Part shown: in pieces, positions 10,306-20,800 of the stretch
Layout: every line of letters begins with the position of its first letter
Numbering within the stretch: position 1 is the first letter of the stretch
Virus record (IMG/VR): IMGVR_UViG_3300034068_000289
Span: 4,340 to 68,339 of that record
Reading direction: 5' to 3' (one strand)
DNA: 64,000 bases
DNA from: a virus
The notes under the pieces: generated by a model
Told to the model about the DNA's origin: nothing
What the model saw: the letters and a program-made list of their open reading frames with translations, nothing else
Databases searched by the model: none
Translations under genes and position numbers: made by a program

Positions 10306-10442
10306 CTTCCCTCTTCCGAACTATTAGGTGGATTAAAAAACCTTCTAGATCCACAGAGCATGCAATATGATTCGAGATGCATTGGAGATGAATATATCCT
10401 GTCTAAGAACATTCTTCCTTTGCATTTTAAGCATCTCAGCAT
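10251..10442 (-). CDS. Small zinc-finger protein
   Basis: CLKC...CMLC; TAATG-coupled to the upstream gene. Confidence 0.65.
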   Translation of the reverse strand: MLRCLKCKGRMFLDRIYSSPMHLESYCMLCGSRRFFNPPNSSEEGRWLLKKELQRSKATISSL

Positions 10443-10885
10443 TAATTTGGTATGCCGATGATAATAAGATTAACTCCAGCAGTTACAATACCGCCTTTGT
10501 TAAATCGGACAGATCCCTCAACCTTGTTTGTAGATGGTGGTTTAATAACTACCGACATATCACGACCAGCATCGGTTCCTCCTGCATTCACAACAGTTGC
10601 AACAACTATTGGAGCATATTTAAAATCTGTTGAAAAGTCATATGAAAAATCTTTTTCTTCTGAAGCGGTTACAGATGTATTATTATTAATTGATACATAT
10701 CCACCAATCATTCTTGCCTCTGAAGTTCTTACACTCTGTTTGCCAGCAGAGCCAGCATCAACAGTTACATACTTGTATGTTGAAGGAGAAATTGCAGATG
10801 CAAGATCATTAATAGCATTAGCCATCTGGTATACATATGTAACATCTAGCGGTTGACCACGCTCAGGTAGGGGTATTTTTGCCAT
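10442..10885 (-). CDS. Virion/tail-associated protein
   Basis: Ends the tail cluster; F...PIVVAT...IIIG beta-domain like small tail-tip proteins. Confidence 0.55.
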   Translation of the reverse strand: MAKIPLPERGQPLDVTYVYQMANAINDLASAISPSTYKYVTVDAGSAGKQSVRTSEARMIGGYVSINNNTSVTASEEKDFSYDFSTDFKYAPIVVATVVNAGGTDAGRDMSVVIKPPSTNKVEGSVRFNKGGIVTAGVNLIIIGIPN

Positions 10886-10899
10886 ACTTAATTATACCA

Positions 10900-11346
10900 C
10901 TAGGCCAGTGATATAACTCCGCTTTCCCATAAAGTTGAATTTTCGAATCTTTGTTTTTGATAAGTCTCTTGCTGTACTGCAACCTGTACGGTAGTTTTTG
11001 CCTGTTTCTTTAAAGTTGCAAAATAAGATGATGACACAGTTGTAACAAAAGACCAGTCTGTATCTCCAGACCACTTGACATAAACATCAAACTTATCAGA
11101 AATTTTTCCACTTGAGTGGTCCCAAACCGCTATAACATTTGGACCAGAAACGGCAACATTAAAGTTCATGTTTGCTGGTTTTGCAACTATCATACTTCTT
11201 TGTGGAGACCAGTGCGATGATCTATTTCCATCAGAAGAAACTACTTTATATCTTATTGTATAAGAACTATTCTTTCCATCATATGCTGGTAGATCTTTTT
11301 TTTGGATTATAATATTCTTAATGCCTGAATCTGGATTTGCCATCAT
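10900..11346 (-). CDS. Fn3/Ig-like tail protein
   Basis: YTIRYKVVS...SSHWSP and W...FDVYVKW patterns. Confidence 0.55.
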   Translation of the reverse strand: MMANPDSGIKNIIIQKKDLPAYDGKNSSYTIRYKVVSSDGNRSSHWSPQRSMIVAKPANMNFNVAVSGPNVIAVWDHSSGKISDKFDVYVKWSGDTDWSFVTTVSSSYFATLKKQAKTTVQVAVQQETYQKQRFENSTLWESGVISLA

Positions 11347-12545
11347 TGCACCTCTATAGCAAATCTAAATTCTATATACCCAGAGTAAGATGTCTGCTTT
11401 ACGATTGGCTTTGAATCTACATTTTTAACAACAGAGTATCCAGTCAGTCCGTATAATGGATTAGATGTTGATTTATTATCTAAACGAAGACCGTCAAAAG
11501 ATACGTAGTAGTCTGATGAAACAACGTAAACATTCTCTGAATTTTTTCTAAATACTGAGGCATAAGCCTTTACTAAGTTTACAGAGTTCCAAGAGAATGG
11601 GGTTAGACCAGAGTTATAGAATAGTTCTTGTAGTTGTTTTGTTACAACAAAATATCTATTTGAAGAAAGATCTATAGACATATCATCCGAGTCTATCTCC
11701 ATTCTTGCTGTTTGTGTTCCATCTGTTGATGCAAACTCTAGAATAATTTTAAACTTTTCTGGATCTAATCCAGTTTCATTTTTATTGACAATTGAAAAGG
11801 CAAGTTTTAATTCATCAACTGGCGAGTTTCTTGTAAGATCAATAGAGACTCCAGTGTATATCAAACACTTTGATGTTGCTGAGGCTGATAGCCTTGTACC
11901 AGTCTTTGTTATTGTTGCTGAATCTCCCCGCACCAAAACCGTTTCATTTAAAAATCTAGATCTTTCATTTCTTGCAATTCTAACGCTTGAGTTGAAAATA
12001 GTATTCTCTGCACTTGTTTTTATGACTGGACACTCAACAAGTGCTCCATTTGTGCCAACATTATAAGAACCTAAAATATTATTTGTTACAGCAGTTGTGG
12101 CTGTGTTTGTACTAAGTGGATCTAGAATTTGTGGAATTTCCGTAATCAGCCCAGAGCCAGTTCCTGGGGTATACAGTTTCCAATTTTCATTATTAGAAAA
12201 TGAAAATAAAGACTTGCTGTCATAGGCTCCGTTTGCAGTGTTTGATCCAACAGAGAAAACTCCAACTTCTGATATCTCGTATCGTGGAGTAGAGTCTAGT
12301 TCTGCAGTAAATACAATCTTAGAGACACCATTCTCTTTTACATATCCTCTTGATGTAATTGGAACTCTTTGCATTTCAAAGTCAAGGCTAGTTTTATTGC
12401 TCATATTAGAGACCTCTTGATTTGTAAATGCGTGACCCGAATCAACTGGTCTTGGTCCACAGCCTATAGCAATATATGAGGCATAGGCTGGTGCCTGCCC
12501 TATAAGGTATTTTGCTAGTATGCTTTTGCCTGTGTTAGTTATCAT
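11343..12545 (-). CDS. Minor tail/baseplate protein
   Basis: N-terminal MITNTGK...YIAIG and ISEVGVF, typical of tail-collar/baseplate proteins. Confidence 0.65.
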   Translation of the reverse strand: MITNTGKSILAKYLIGQAPAYASYIAIGCGPRPVDSGHAFTNQEVSNMSNKTSLDFEMQRVPITSRGYVKENGVSKIVFTAELDSTPRYEISEVGVFSVGSNTANGAYDSKSLFSFSNNENWKLYTPGTGSGLITEIPQILDPLSTNTATTAVTNNILGSYNVGTNGALVECPVIKTSAENTIFNSSVRIARNERSRFLNETVLVRGDSATITKTGTRLSASATSKCLIYTGVSIDLTRNSPVDELKLAFSIVNKNETGLDPEKFKIILEFASTDGTQTARMEIDSDDMSIDLSSNRYFVVTKQLQELFYNSGLTPFSWNSVNLVKAYASVFRKNSENVYVVSSDYYVSFDGLRLDNKSTSNPLYGLTGYSVVKNVDSKPIVKQTSYSGYIEFRFAIEVQ

Positions 12546-12547
12546 AT

Positions 12548-13039
12548 TTATCCCGCCCCATATATTGTAGCATTATACTTGGTCCCATTTACCTGAATTT
12601 CAACACGTACATTTTCGTCACTACCCAAATTGACAACATTGATGACTAGGTCTCCCGTAGCGCTATCAATATAGACAATGGCCCCATCTGGACCATTTCC
12701 GTTTTCTGGAACGTATTTTTCAAACTTTAAGGGGAAAGCATCAAATGTTGATTGAATTGTTCCTTGCATCGCAATCAGGTTTAGTGGGTTGTACTGAAAG
12801 AATATGCTACTTAAGTTCCTGATTGGAGAGTACAGGATATCTTGTCCATTTACCATGTCTGATCTTGATAGGCTTAGTAACTCTATCCCACCGATATCTT
12901 CAAATATTAGATCACTCATTACCTCAATTGGCATTGGGGCAGTGCCAAAAAGAACTAGGTCTGGCGTTGGTATCTTGACAGCACTTTGAGATGCTGCGCT
13001 GCTGGATGCAGGTGTAGTTGGTGTTGCTTCTACTGCCAT
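12548..13039 (-). CDS. Minor tail protein
   Basis: 163-aa ORF coupled within the tail-tip cluster. Confidence 0.55.
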   Translation of the reverse strand: MAVEATPTTPASSSAASQSAVKIPTPDLVLFGTAPMPIEVMSDLIFEDIGGIELLSLSRSDMVNGQDILYSPIRNLSSIFFQYNPLNLIAMQGTIQSTFDAFPLKFEKYVPENGNGPDGAIVYIDSATGDLVINVVNLGSDENVRVEIQVNGTKYNATIYGAG

Positions 13040-13040
13040 T

Positions 13041-16000
13041 TTATATTTCCCCCAAGTATACTGTCATGTCTGGACCTGATACAGATCTAGTGTAGTCTAT
13101 GCTATATACAACGTATCTTTTATTTTTTGAGTCTAAGACATCAATATCGTTATCTAAGTAATCGATCTTTACAATATCTCCTAGTTGCATTGTTGGTAAT
13201 GAAAAGATCTTAAGTCCAATAGAGTTTCTGGGCTTCATAATTCTTTGCGTTAGCCAAGACATAAGAGAGTTTGCTTCGTCTGAAGATTGAACATATGGAA
13301 CATCTAAAGAAAAATCTTTATTACCATGAAGCATTCTGCTTAACTTGATTCCTTCATATTGCTTCTTTACTTTAAACGGAGATGACACAAGACTTGAGCC
13401 AGTAAACTGTGGATCAGAAAAATCACTGCCCTTATTAAAAAATTCATCGACTGTCAACTTGTTAGCACTTTGCTGCGTAAAGGTTACGCCCTGTATTCTT
13501 AAATAATTTCCACTTGATGAGTCCAAACTGATTGCGGTATCTGTTGCATTAAATACCATAAACTCTGCCCCATATGACCCAGCCCTAAATCCAGATACTG
13601 AATATGTTTTTAGTGAGTTAAAAGTTGGAGATAGTTTTGCGTATAGCGCTGGATAGGCCTTGTCATACTTAACATTAAATGTTGCACACTCTCTCATAAT
13701 TGTTCCAAACTCTTCAAAATATATATTATACTTTGGTGGCTGTGATGGATCAATGCCTGAAAGGTATGTGTTTTGAATCATACCGCTTAGAGCATATTTT
13801 TTAAATGATTCATGAACATCTACAGAGTCGTCTCCATATACAGACTGAACTGGTGTTTCAAGAATGTTGGAAGTGTTTTGACTATAGTTTGTTGTTAACG
13901 CATATATATTTTCAAACATTATCTTTGATGAACCACGGGTAAATAAAGCCATGTTGTTGTATGTTGGTAGTGGAGATGCATCATCAACAGTCTTTATTAG
14001 TACTCCGTTTATGTATAGGTAGAATCTTCTAATATTGCCAATATCAATATATTCGACTGCAAGATCATAGACTGTTGGGTTTTGTTCAGATGCCATTCTG
14101 TATTGGCCAGTAAACAATCCATTGTCTACAATTATGCTGCCCAAGCCTTCCCAAAGTTTGATCGGAACCGCTTTGTTGCTAGAAGAATCTTTTTTTATCT
14201 TATAAAACATAATGTTGTTTACATTTGCTTTTGAATTAGAACTGATATTGTTTGATCCTAGTGCTATGATTTCAAAATAATATCCTACATTAGTTTCTGG
14301 GTTTAGCAAAACTGCAAGCCCTCCAGATCCTCCTGACACATTGATATTTTTATCTGGTGTAGTTCCTGGAACAACGTAGTATGTTGTATTTCCAACTGCT
14401 GACTGTGAGTTAGATAGACCGCTTTCAACCTTTCCAATAATTCTCATTCTTGTTCCAAAGTGTTTGAACTTATCTGTTAGTGGTTTTTTAACATAAGATA
14501 AAAAGTTAATTGGTGATTCTTGTGCAGAAAAACTTGGGCCAGATAGGACAAAAGCAGAAGACTGAACAGTTCCAGTCTGAGTTGCTCGTATTGAGTTGAT
14601 TGTTTTTTCATCTACAAATGTTGTTGATAAGAAGTTTTTAATTATATTAGTTCTTCCACTTTTCTGAGCAGTGGCAGAGTTAACTCCTGCTGCTGCAATT
14701 ACTCCCGTTGCTGTTCCATAATTAGTTTTAAATAGATAGTCTGAATTCATGTCGCAACCTCTTACGTTGCTACTATTTAGCCAATGATCTGATATGGCTG
14801 CTTTATGCGAAACGACCTCAGTTCCAAACTGTCCACGTCCATGTTCTTCAACTTCGCCATTCTGTAATCTAAGAACACCCTGAAAAGTTTCATATTTTGG
14901 AATAGAGTAAATCCTTACTCTTCCTGTTGGATAAAGTTTTCCATTAAATGATATTTTAGAAAAGTAATTAGCGTATTCTTGTGTGCTAGATATCCAAACA
15001 TTTCCTTGTCCCGATATGCTGTACTCTACAGCATCATACTTAATGATTTCTCCATTAGAGTAAAAATATCCATTGTACCTAGATATCCAGTAAACCCCTT
15101 CTCCAAAGTCAATAACATTATCAACAACTATATTATTTTTTACATACGGAACGGTGGCGGACAGGTTTGAATTTAAAGGTATTGCGCTAAGTGTATAGTC
15201 TGACTGGTTTGTTATTTGACCAGTAGATGTTTTTGTATTTTCTGTTCCAGTTACTTCCCACAAAAGAACGGGCTTGTATATCCACGTTTTATCAGAATCA
15301 ATTAGGCTTGCCTGCTTAATTGAGCCGTAGGTTTTTTGTATTGATCTTGTCTCGTAATTAAGAGATCCGTTATTATAAACTAAATTATTCTTTGAAGATA
15401 CATCAATGATGTTTAGGTCTTTTGATAAAGTAAAATCAGAAACTCTTTCTGTTTCTGTTGGCATCATATAAGATTTACTCATACAGATAAAATTATTGTA
15501 TTCATCAAAAAACATTGCTGTCTGTGTAGATCTTGCAAGATCTTGTAAAATTTCTGCAATATTTTTATCTGGTGGAATAAAGAAGAATGGGATTATGAGA
15601 TCTACCTCTCCAGGAACTCTCTTGAATGCATAGTTTGAAAATCCAATGGCGTCTAGTAAAAATGATACTGCAGAACTAAGGCTGGCATCCCTAAATAGTG
15701 TTTGTGGCGCAGTGAGTGATTCAAAGTAAAAGAATAGGTCTCTAAGTTCTACAGTAAGTTTCTTGTTAGCAATTTCATATTTTGGGAAACCTTCACAATA
15801 CATTGTCTTAATTGGCACCATGTAATCATAGCCATTCAAATTTACAGTTACATCATAAATCTTAAATTGTATATGGTTGGTAATATATTTAGAAATAATG
15901 CTGCTTGTATTGTTAGCACTAAAAGCATCATCAAAATCAAATAAGGCCAGTGTGCCTGTTGAGGCTAACAGTTGACCAACTGGCAATCCACTTGACCCTA

Positions 16001-17261
16001 AATCTGAGGCACTCTTCTTTAAGTTTAGAGTAGTAACCTTGTCTGAAACATTTACAGATAGTCTTGGAGATAATTCAATAAGATCTAGTGTTGCTCCAAC
16101 TTTATTCATTGTTTGTGCAACAATCCTTAGTCCACCAATGTAGTCAAACTCACGGTACTTATATCCGCTATTTGTTGTGGTTGTAAATTTGATTGGAGAA
16201 GTAGTATCTGTAACAAAGTTTGTAAGCCTATCAACAGAGTCTTCCTCTAGGTACCAACCATACTCTGGAACAAATGTCTCTCTGTTTCCATTAATAAATA
16301 TAACGTAATAGCCAATATCAGTATCTGACTGCTTTATAAAATAAGAATATCCATTTACTGACTCGTCTGGCAAGAAGTCTTCAGAGGTATACGTTTCTGC
16401 ATAAATAAAGATATCTCTATATTTCTTAGGTATCTTTAATCCATAGGCTAACTCAACGTAACCGTCTGTCTTTATTACTGGGGTTCCGTCTTGTCTTAAA
16501 GATGTTTCTGTAAATGATACTAGGTCTATCCAGGTATTATTTTTTAGCCCCTGAATTTTCCACCTCAGTGGAACGCTTTTATTAGCATCACCGTATAATG
16601 GATCAGAATATGTTCCTGTTGAATTTGAAAATGGCCCAAGGTCAACGTTGCCAGAGTGCGTTTGTAATTTAACGACTACACGGTTTGCTGGAACCTCTTC
16701 TTCATAAACAATATATGGTGCTGAATCATTAATTGCATACTGTCCACCAGATGACAGAAAAGAAATTCCGTGCTCAGCATTTCCTTCGGTCCTTAAAGAA
16801 GTCCAGTATTTGAATTTATCATTTTTATCAGGCATATAATATCTTGGTCTACGTGCCATGTTTATATTTTGGCTATGAAGATATCTCCCAGGTAGGTATG
16901 ACGCTTTGTTAATCCCAGATCGTGGCCTAAACTGTTGGAAGCAAGACTCTAAAGAGTAGATCATTTTTAATTTATCTTTTGCTCTTGTTAGTGTAGTTGG
17001 AAGATTGTTATCCGTGTACCCACCATCAACAGTTATGTCTGAATCTGTTGCGCCTGTATAATGATTGCCAGCGTCGTTAATGTCAAAAGAAGATACAATG
17101 TTGTTATATGTAGATGTTTGATCAGTTGGTCTGTATCTGTAGTTTCCTATTTGCTTAATGTTTGTTGGAATGTTAAGGTTCCACTCTGCAATAACTAAAG
17201 AGTTTGTTTGAACTACAGAAGAAGACAGTAGATGCTGGTTTAGTTCTGCATTGTTAAACAT
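13041..17261 (-). CDS. Large tail-tip/baseplate hub protein (~1400 aa)
   Basis: Second gene after the tape measure; C-terminal PTMQLGDIV hub-like motif. Start moved to the TAATG-coupled ATG at 17261. Confidence 0.7.
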   Translation of the reverse strand: MFNNAELNQHLLSSSVVQTNSLVIAEWNLNIPTNIKQIGNYRYRPTDQTSTYNNIVSSFDINDAGNHYTGATDSDITVDGGYTDNNLPTTLTRAKDKLKMIYSLESCFQQFRPRSGINKASYLPGRYLHSQNINMARRPRYYMPDKNDKFKYWTSLRTEGNAEHGISFLSSGGQYAINDSAPYIVYEEEVPANRVVVKLQTHSGNVDLGPFSNSTGTYSDPLYGDANKSVPLRWKIQGLKNNTWIDLVSFTETSLRQDGTPVIKTDGYVELAYGLKIPKKYRDIFIYAETYTSEDFLPDESVNGYSYFIKQSDTDIGYYVIFINGNRETFVPEYGWYLEEDSVDRLTNFVTDTTSPIKFTTTTNSGYKYREFDYIGGLRIVAQTMNKVGATLDLIELSPRLSVNVSDKVTTLNLKKSASDLGSSGLPVGQLLASTGTLALFDFDDAFSANNTSSIISKYITNHIQFKIYDVTVNLNGYDYMVPIKTMYCEGFPKYEIANKKLTVELRDLFFYFESLTAPQTLFRDASLSSAVSFLLDAIGFSNYAFKRVPGEVDLIIPFFFIPPDKNIAEILQDLARSTQTAMFFDEYNNFICMSKSYMMPTETERVSDFTLSKDLNIIDVSSKNNLVYNNGSLNYETRSIQKTYGSIKQASLIDSDKTWIYKPVLLWEVTGTENTKTSTGQITNQSDYTLSAIPLNSNLSATVPYVKNNIVVDNVIDFGEGVYWISRYNGYFYSNGEIIKYDAVEYSISGQGNVWISSTQEYANYFSKISFNGKLYPTGRVRIYSIPKYETFQGVLRLQNGEVEEHGRGQFGTEVVSHKAAISDHWLNSSNVRGCDMNSDYLFKTNYGTATGVIAAAGVNSATAQKSGRTNIIKNFLSTTFVDEKTINSIRATQTGTVQSSAFVLSGPSFSAQESPINFLSYVKKPLTDKFKHFGTRMRIIGKVESGLSNSQSAVGNTTYYVVPGTTPDKNINVSGGSGGLAVLLNPETNVGYYFEIIALGSNNISSNSKANVNNIMFYKIKKDSSSNKAVPIKLWEGLGSIIVDNGLFTGQYRMASEQNPTVYDLAVEYIDIGNIRRFYLYINGVLIKTVDDASPLPTYNNMALFTRGSSKIMFENIYALTTNYSQNTSNILETPVQSVYGDDSVDVHESFKKYALSGMIQNTYLSGIDPSQPPKYNIYFEEFGTIMRECATFNVKYDKAYPALYAKLSPTFNSLKTYSVSGFRAGSYGAEFMVFNATDTAISLDSSSGNYLRIQGVTFTQQSANKLTVDEFFNKGSDFSDPQFTGSSLVSSPFKVKKQYEGIKLSRMLHGNKDFSLDVPYVQSSDEANSLMSWLTQRIMKPRNSIGLKIFSLPTMQLGDIVKIDYLDNDIDVLDSKNKRYVVYSIDYTRSVSGPDMTVYLGEI

Positions 17262-17881
17262 TACGCCTCTTCCAGGGTTACCGTAATATCCCAAAAATCA
17301 TGTAGTGTTTGTCCACGTTTTCCAACCTTATAATTAAAGTTTGAGATATACACTTCAACGATATCGTTGTATTGCTGCAAGTGCATTTTAGCCTCTGAGT
17401 CAGATCCAAACGTATTGTATTTGTCGTAAGACAAAAACATCCAAAAAGAACCTTTATGGTTTTCATACCAGTCTAACAGTTCTACTCCACCTGCTCCACC
17501 ATCTACAGTAAACCCAATGCCAGCGCTAGTCTTTTTTCCCATTACGGAAAACTCTGGGGCATCTGAAAATGCTCTTGATGGAAGTCCTGTCCACGAGACA
17601 GTAAACTTATTCTTGTCTGCAATATGATAAGATCTTGATTTACCATTTACAGTTCTTTCACGCTTCTCAATTCTTTCTGTTGATATATCAATAGGGGCTC
17701 TTCCGTGATCTGATAGCACAATGAATTGATTGACTAAGGTATCTGTTGTTGCTGTTGCACCCTTTTCTAATCCGTTTGGCACGTACAGTCCATTGTCTAA
17801 CTTCCCCGAATTTTCAGACCAAAGCAACGCTTGGGGCCTTCCCCACTTTTTGCGTCCTGACATATACGATGCGGTTGCCAT
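17261..17881 (-). CDS. Distal tail (Dit)-like protein
   Basis: Immediately after the tape measure; ends WDITVTLEEA. Confidence 0.6.
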   Translation of the reverse strand: MATASYMSGRKKWGRPQALLWSENSGKLDNGLYVPNGLEKGATATTDTLVNQFIVLSDHGRAPIDISTERIEKRERTVNGKSRSYHIADKNKFTVSWTGLPSRAFSDAPEFSVMGKKTSAGIGFTVDGGAGGVELLDWYENHKGSFWMFLSYDKYNTFGSDSEAKMHLQQYNDIVEVYISNFNYKVGKRGQTLHDFWDITVTLEEA

Positions 17882-20800
17882 TATAGTCTGTTGCTCCTAA
17901 TTCGTTGATTGTCTACTTGCCTAATTTGTTCAATGATTGTCTGGGCTATATCGTTTGGATTTGCATCAGACTTAACATTAACGCTTAGGTTATAATTATA
18001 CACTGAGCCAAGGTCTGTATTGCCAGTATTTATAGACCTAAGTTTATCTACTCCAAAGTTATCTACCGCAAACTTACTTACAACAAACTCTCCAGGACTT
18101 AACATTGCAGGAATTGTATCAGTTCCAATTGGAATCATATTAAATCCACCCTGTGCAAAGTATCTTGGAACCATTCCGCCCGAAGCCATAGCATATGGAG
18201 CCCACTTTCCTCCTGCTGTCTTGCTTGTATTTGCACTTCCTGTATTTGAGTCTGCAGTTCCTCCATCTGACTTACCACCAGTCTTTGCAGCAACTGCAAC
18301 AGTTGTTACATAGTTGGTGATATAGTTTGTAATATTGTGAATTTCGTCATACACATGCTTTGTGTATAGACTCTTAGGAATCTTATTCATAGTGTCAAGA
18401 ACTGAAGCCCAACTATTTTTATTGCTTAGCGCTGAATCTGCTGCTGCCTCCATAGCAACTGCATAGGCTTCGGATAGTGGCTCGCCTTCTTCCATCTTTG
18501 CAACTATCTCTTCCCACATTTCAAGTGTGTGCCCAGAACTATCATCTAAAGCCATGATCTGATCTACAACTGCTTGAGCAGATATTTCCTCTAAAGCAAG
18601 TTGTGCATCCTGTTGCATTAATGTATCAAGAATAGTTTTTTGATCAGCAAGTTGAGTTTGTATTGTTGCGTTTATTGTATCAAAGTCAGATTGTAGTTTT
18701 TCGGCTGCTGCGACTTGGGCTTCTTGATATACGACTATCTGAGCCTGCGCTTCTTCTATTGCCTTCTCTGCAGCAAGCCTTGCTGGATCTGTTTCTAACT
18801 TGAAGAGTTCTTGAGAAATTTGGTACTGTCTTTCTTGTAACTGCTCTTGACTTTGTCCAGAATCATTTTTTAGATTTTTTATCTCATTGTTGCGTGACTG
18901 ATCCATTGCAGATGAAACTCCGCCTGCGTAATTGGACGCATCTGCTGCTCTCATATCCTGAGCAGCCTTTGCTGCTGCTGCTATATCTCCAGATGACAAT
19001 GCGTCTGCTAAGCCCAACTGTTGCTGTTGTTGGCGAATAATATTTTCATTAATACGCTGTACGTTTGCAAGGGCTTCGGCTTGAGCGTCATACTTCTTAT
19101 TAATCTCATCAGCAGAGTGAGCCATAATCGATAAGTCGTTTGAAATTTTATTAGACTCGACACCAAGAGCCTTTGCTGGATCTTCAAAATTCTTCTTAAT
19201 GAAATCTTGCTTTGTTTTAATGATTGACTCTTGTGACTTAATTAGACTTTCATACTTTTTAGCGTTTGTCTCTAAGTCTTTAGAAAGTTTATTTTGGGCA
19301 GTTGTAAGTTGTGATTCAAGGGCTGTAGTCTTTGCTGTTGCAACGCCAATTGCTTGTGCTAGTGATGCACGTTGCTTTTGAATACTTGCCAATGACTTGC
19401 CCATCATTCCTGCAGATGGGTCTACACCATTCTTTACCGCTGCCTGGTATCCTGCTTCTCCAACATTCCAAGAAGCCTTTCCACCAAGAGCAGTGTTGTC
19501 TGATGTCTGAGCCTTGCGTAATTCGTTTATTGACATGTTAGAGTATGCAGTTTTTCTAACATTCATAATCTTTTGTGCAGCCTCAAGACCCTTTGTAGCC
19601 TTGCCCTTTAAATCAGAATTTGCATATTCAAGTGCAATCTTAATTGTTGAATTTGCTTGAACTGCCTCTAAGCCCTTCGCAATGGCCTCAACTTGCTCCT
19701 TGGCTTTTTCTGCATCTGTTCCATAAGTTTCCATTGCTGCGATGGCGCCTGCAAGAGATTTTGGATCTGAGATTAATGAGTTTAATGCCTTTGGAGACAT
19801 GGCTGGGCCATTCTTAGCAAAGAATTCTAGTACTGCTGGAATCTTTGTATTATTACTTTGTTCTTCAATAGCAGTCTTTCCAACATTAATTAATTCATTA
19901 ATCTTTTCTCGTGCAACTCTTTGCTTTTCTAGTGCAATGTTTGTTGCTAACTCTTTGTCTGTAATCTTGCCTGTGGCAATAACTGTTGTCATTGCTTCAT
20001 CTGAAAGTACCTGCTGAATTTCAGAGTTAGACATTCCAAGCGCAGCCAACTTCTTTGTTACAATTTCTTGTTCATTTAAATTCTTAAGAACTGCTTTTTG
20101 TGCAACAATAAAATCTCCAGTAATTGCTTTATTAAGTCCAGCCTCTACCTGTTGTGCATTCTTGCTAAATACAACATCTCCAACTTTTCCATCCTTAATG
20201 ACCTTACCAGTAAATGGATCAATAGCCTTGCCTTTATTTTTCCCAGTTCCAGCCTTGGCGGTACGCATAAACTTTGCTTGCTCTTTTGGATCAAGACCCA
20301 TAATGAAGTCCATGTACTGAGAGTTCTTGCCCTTATCCTGCATTTGTTCTTTAATGCCCTTGTATGCATCTCCAATCCCGCCCTTCTTTGCTGCTAGAAG
20401 TGCTTTATTTAAAGCCTTAATTCCACCCTCTGCATTTATAGATGCAAGGCGAACCTCTTTAAGTCTCTTTAGTAAATCTGCATATGGGTCTGCTGGCTTT
20501 GTGCCTGATCCAGTGTCTGTAGTCTTGCCTGCTGCCTTTGATGCAACAACTGGATCTACTCCATATTTTGCTACGACCATTGCGTTTGCAGTCTTTGCTG
20601 CTGCTGCTGGATCATTAAGTGTTCCCGATGTAAGGGTATTAAATTTTGTAGTATAGGCTGTTGTATATTCTTTTGAACCTTTTGCTCCAAAGCCAAGTGC
20701 TTCTTGTTCTGCAAGTTTTGCAGCCCATGCTCTGCGAGCATCTTCGTTTTCAAAACTAATTAGAGTATTGTGTAATGCTGTATAGGTCTGTATTGCTTCT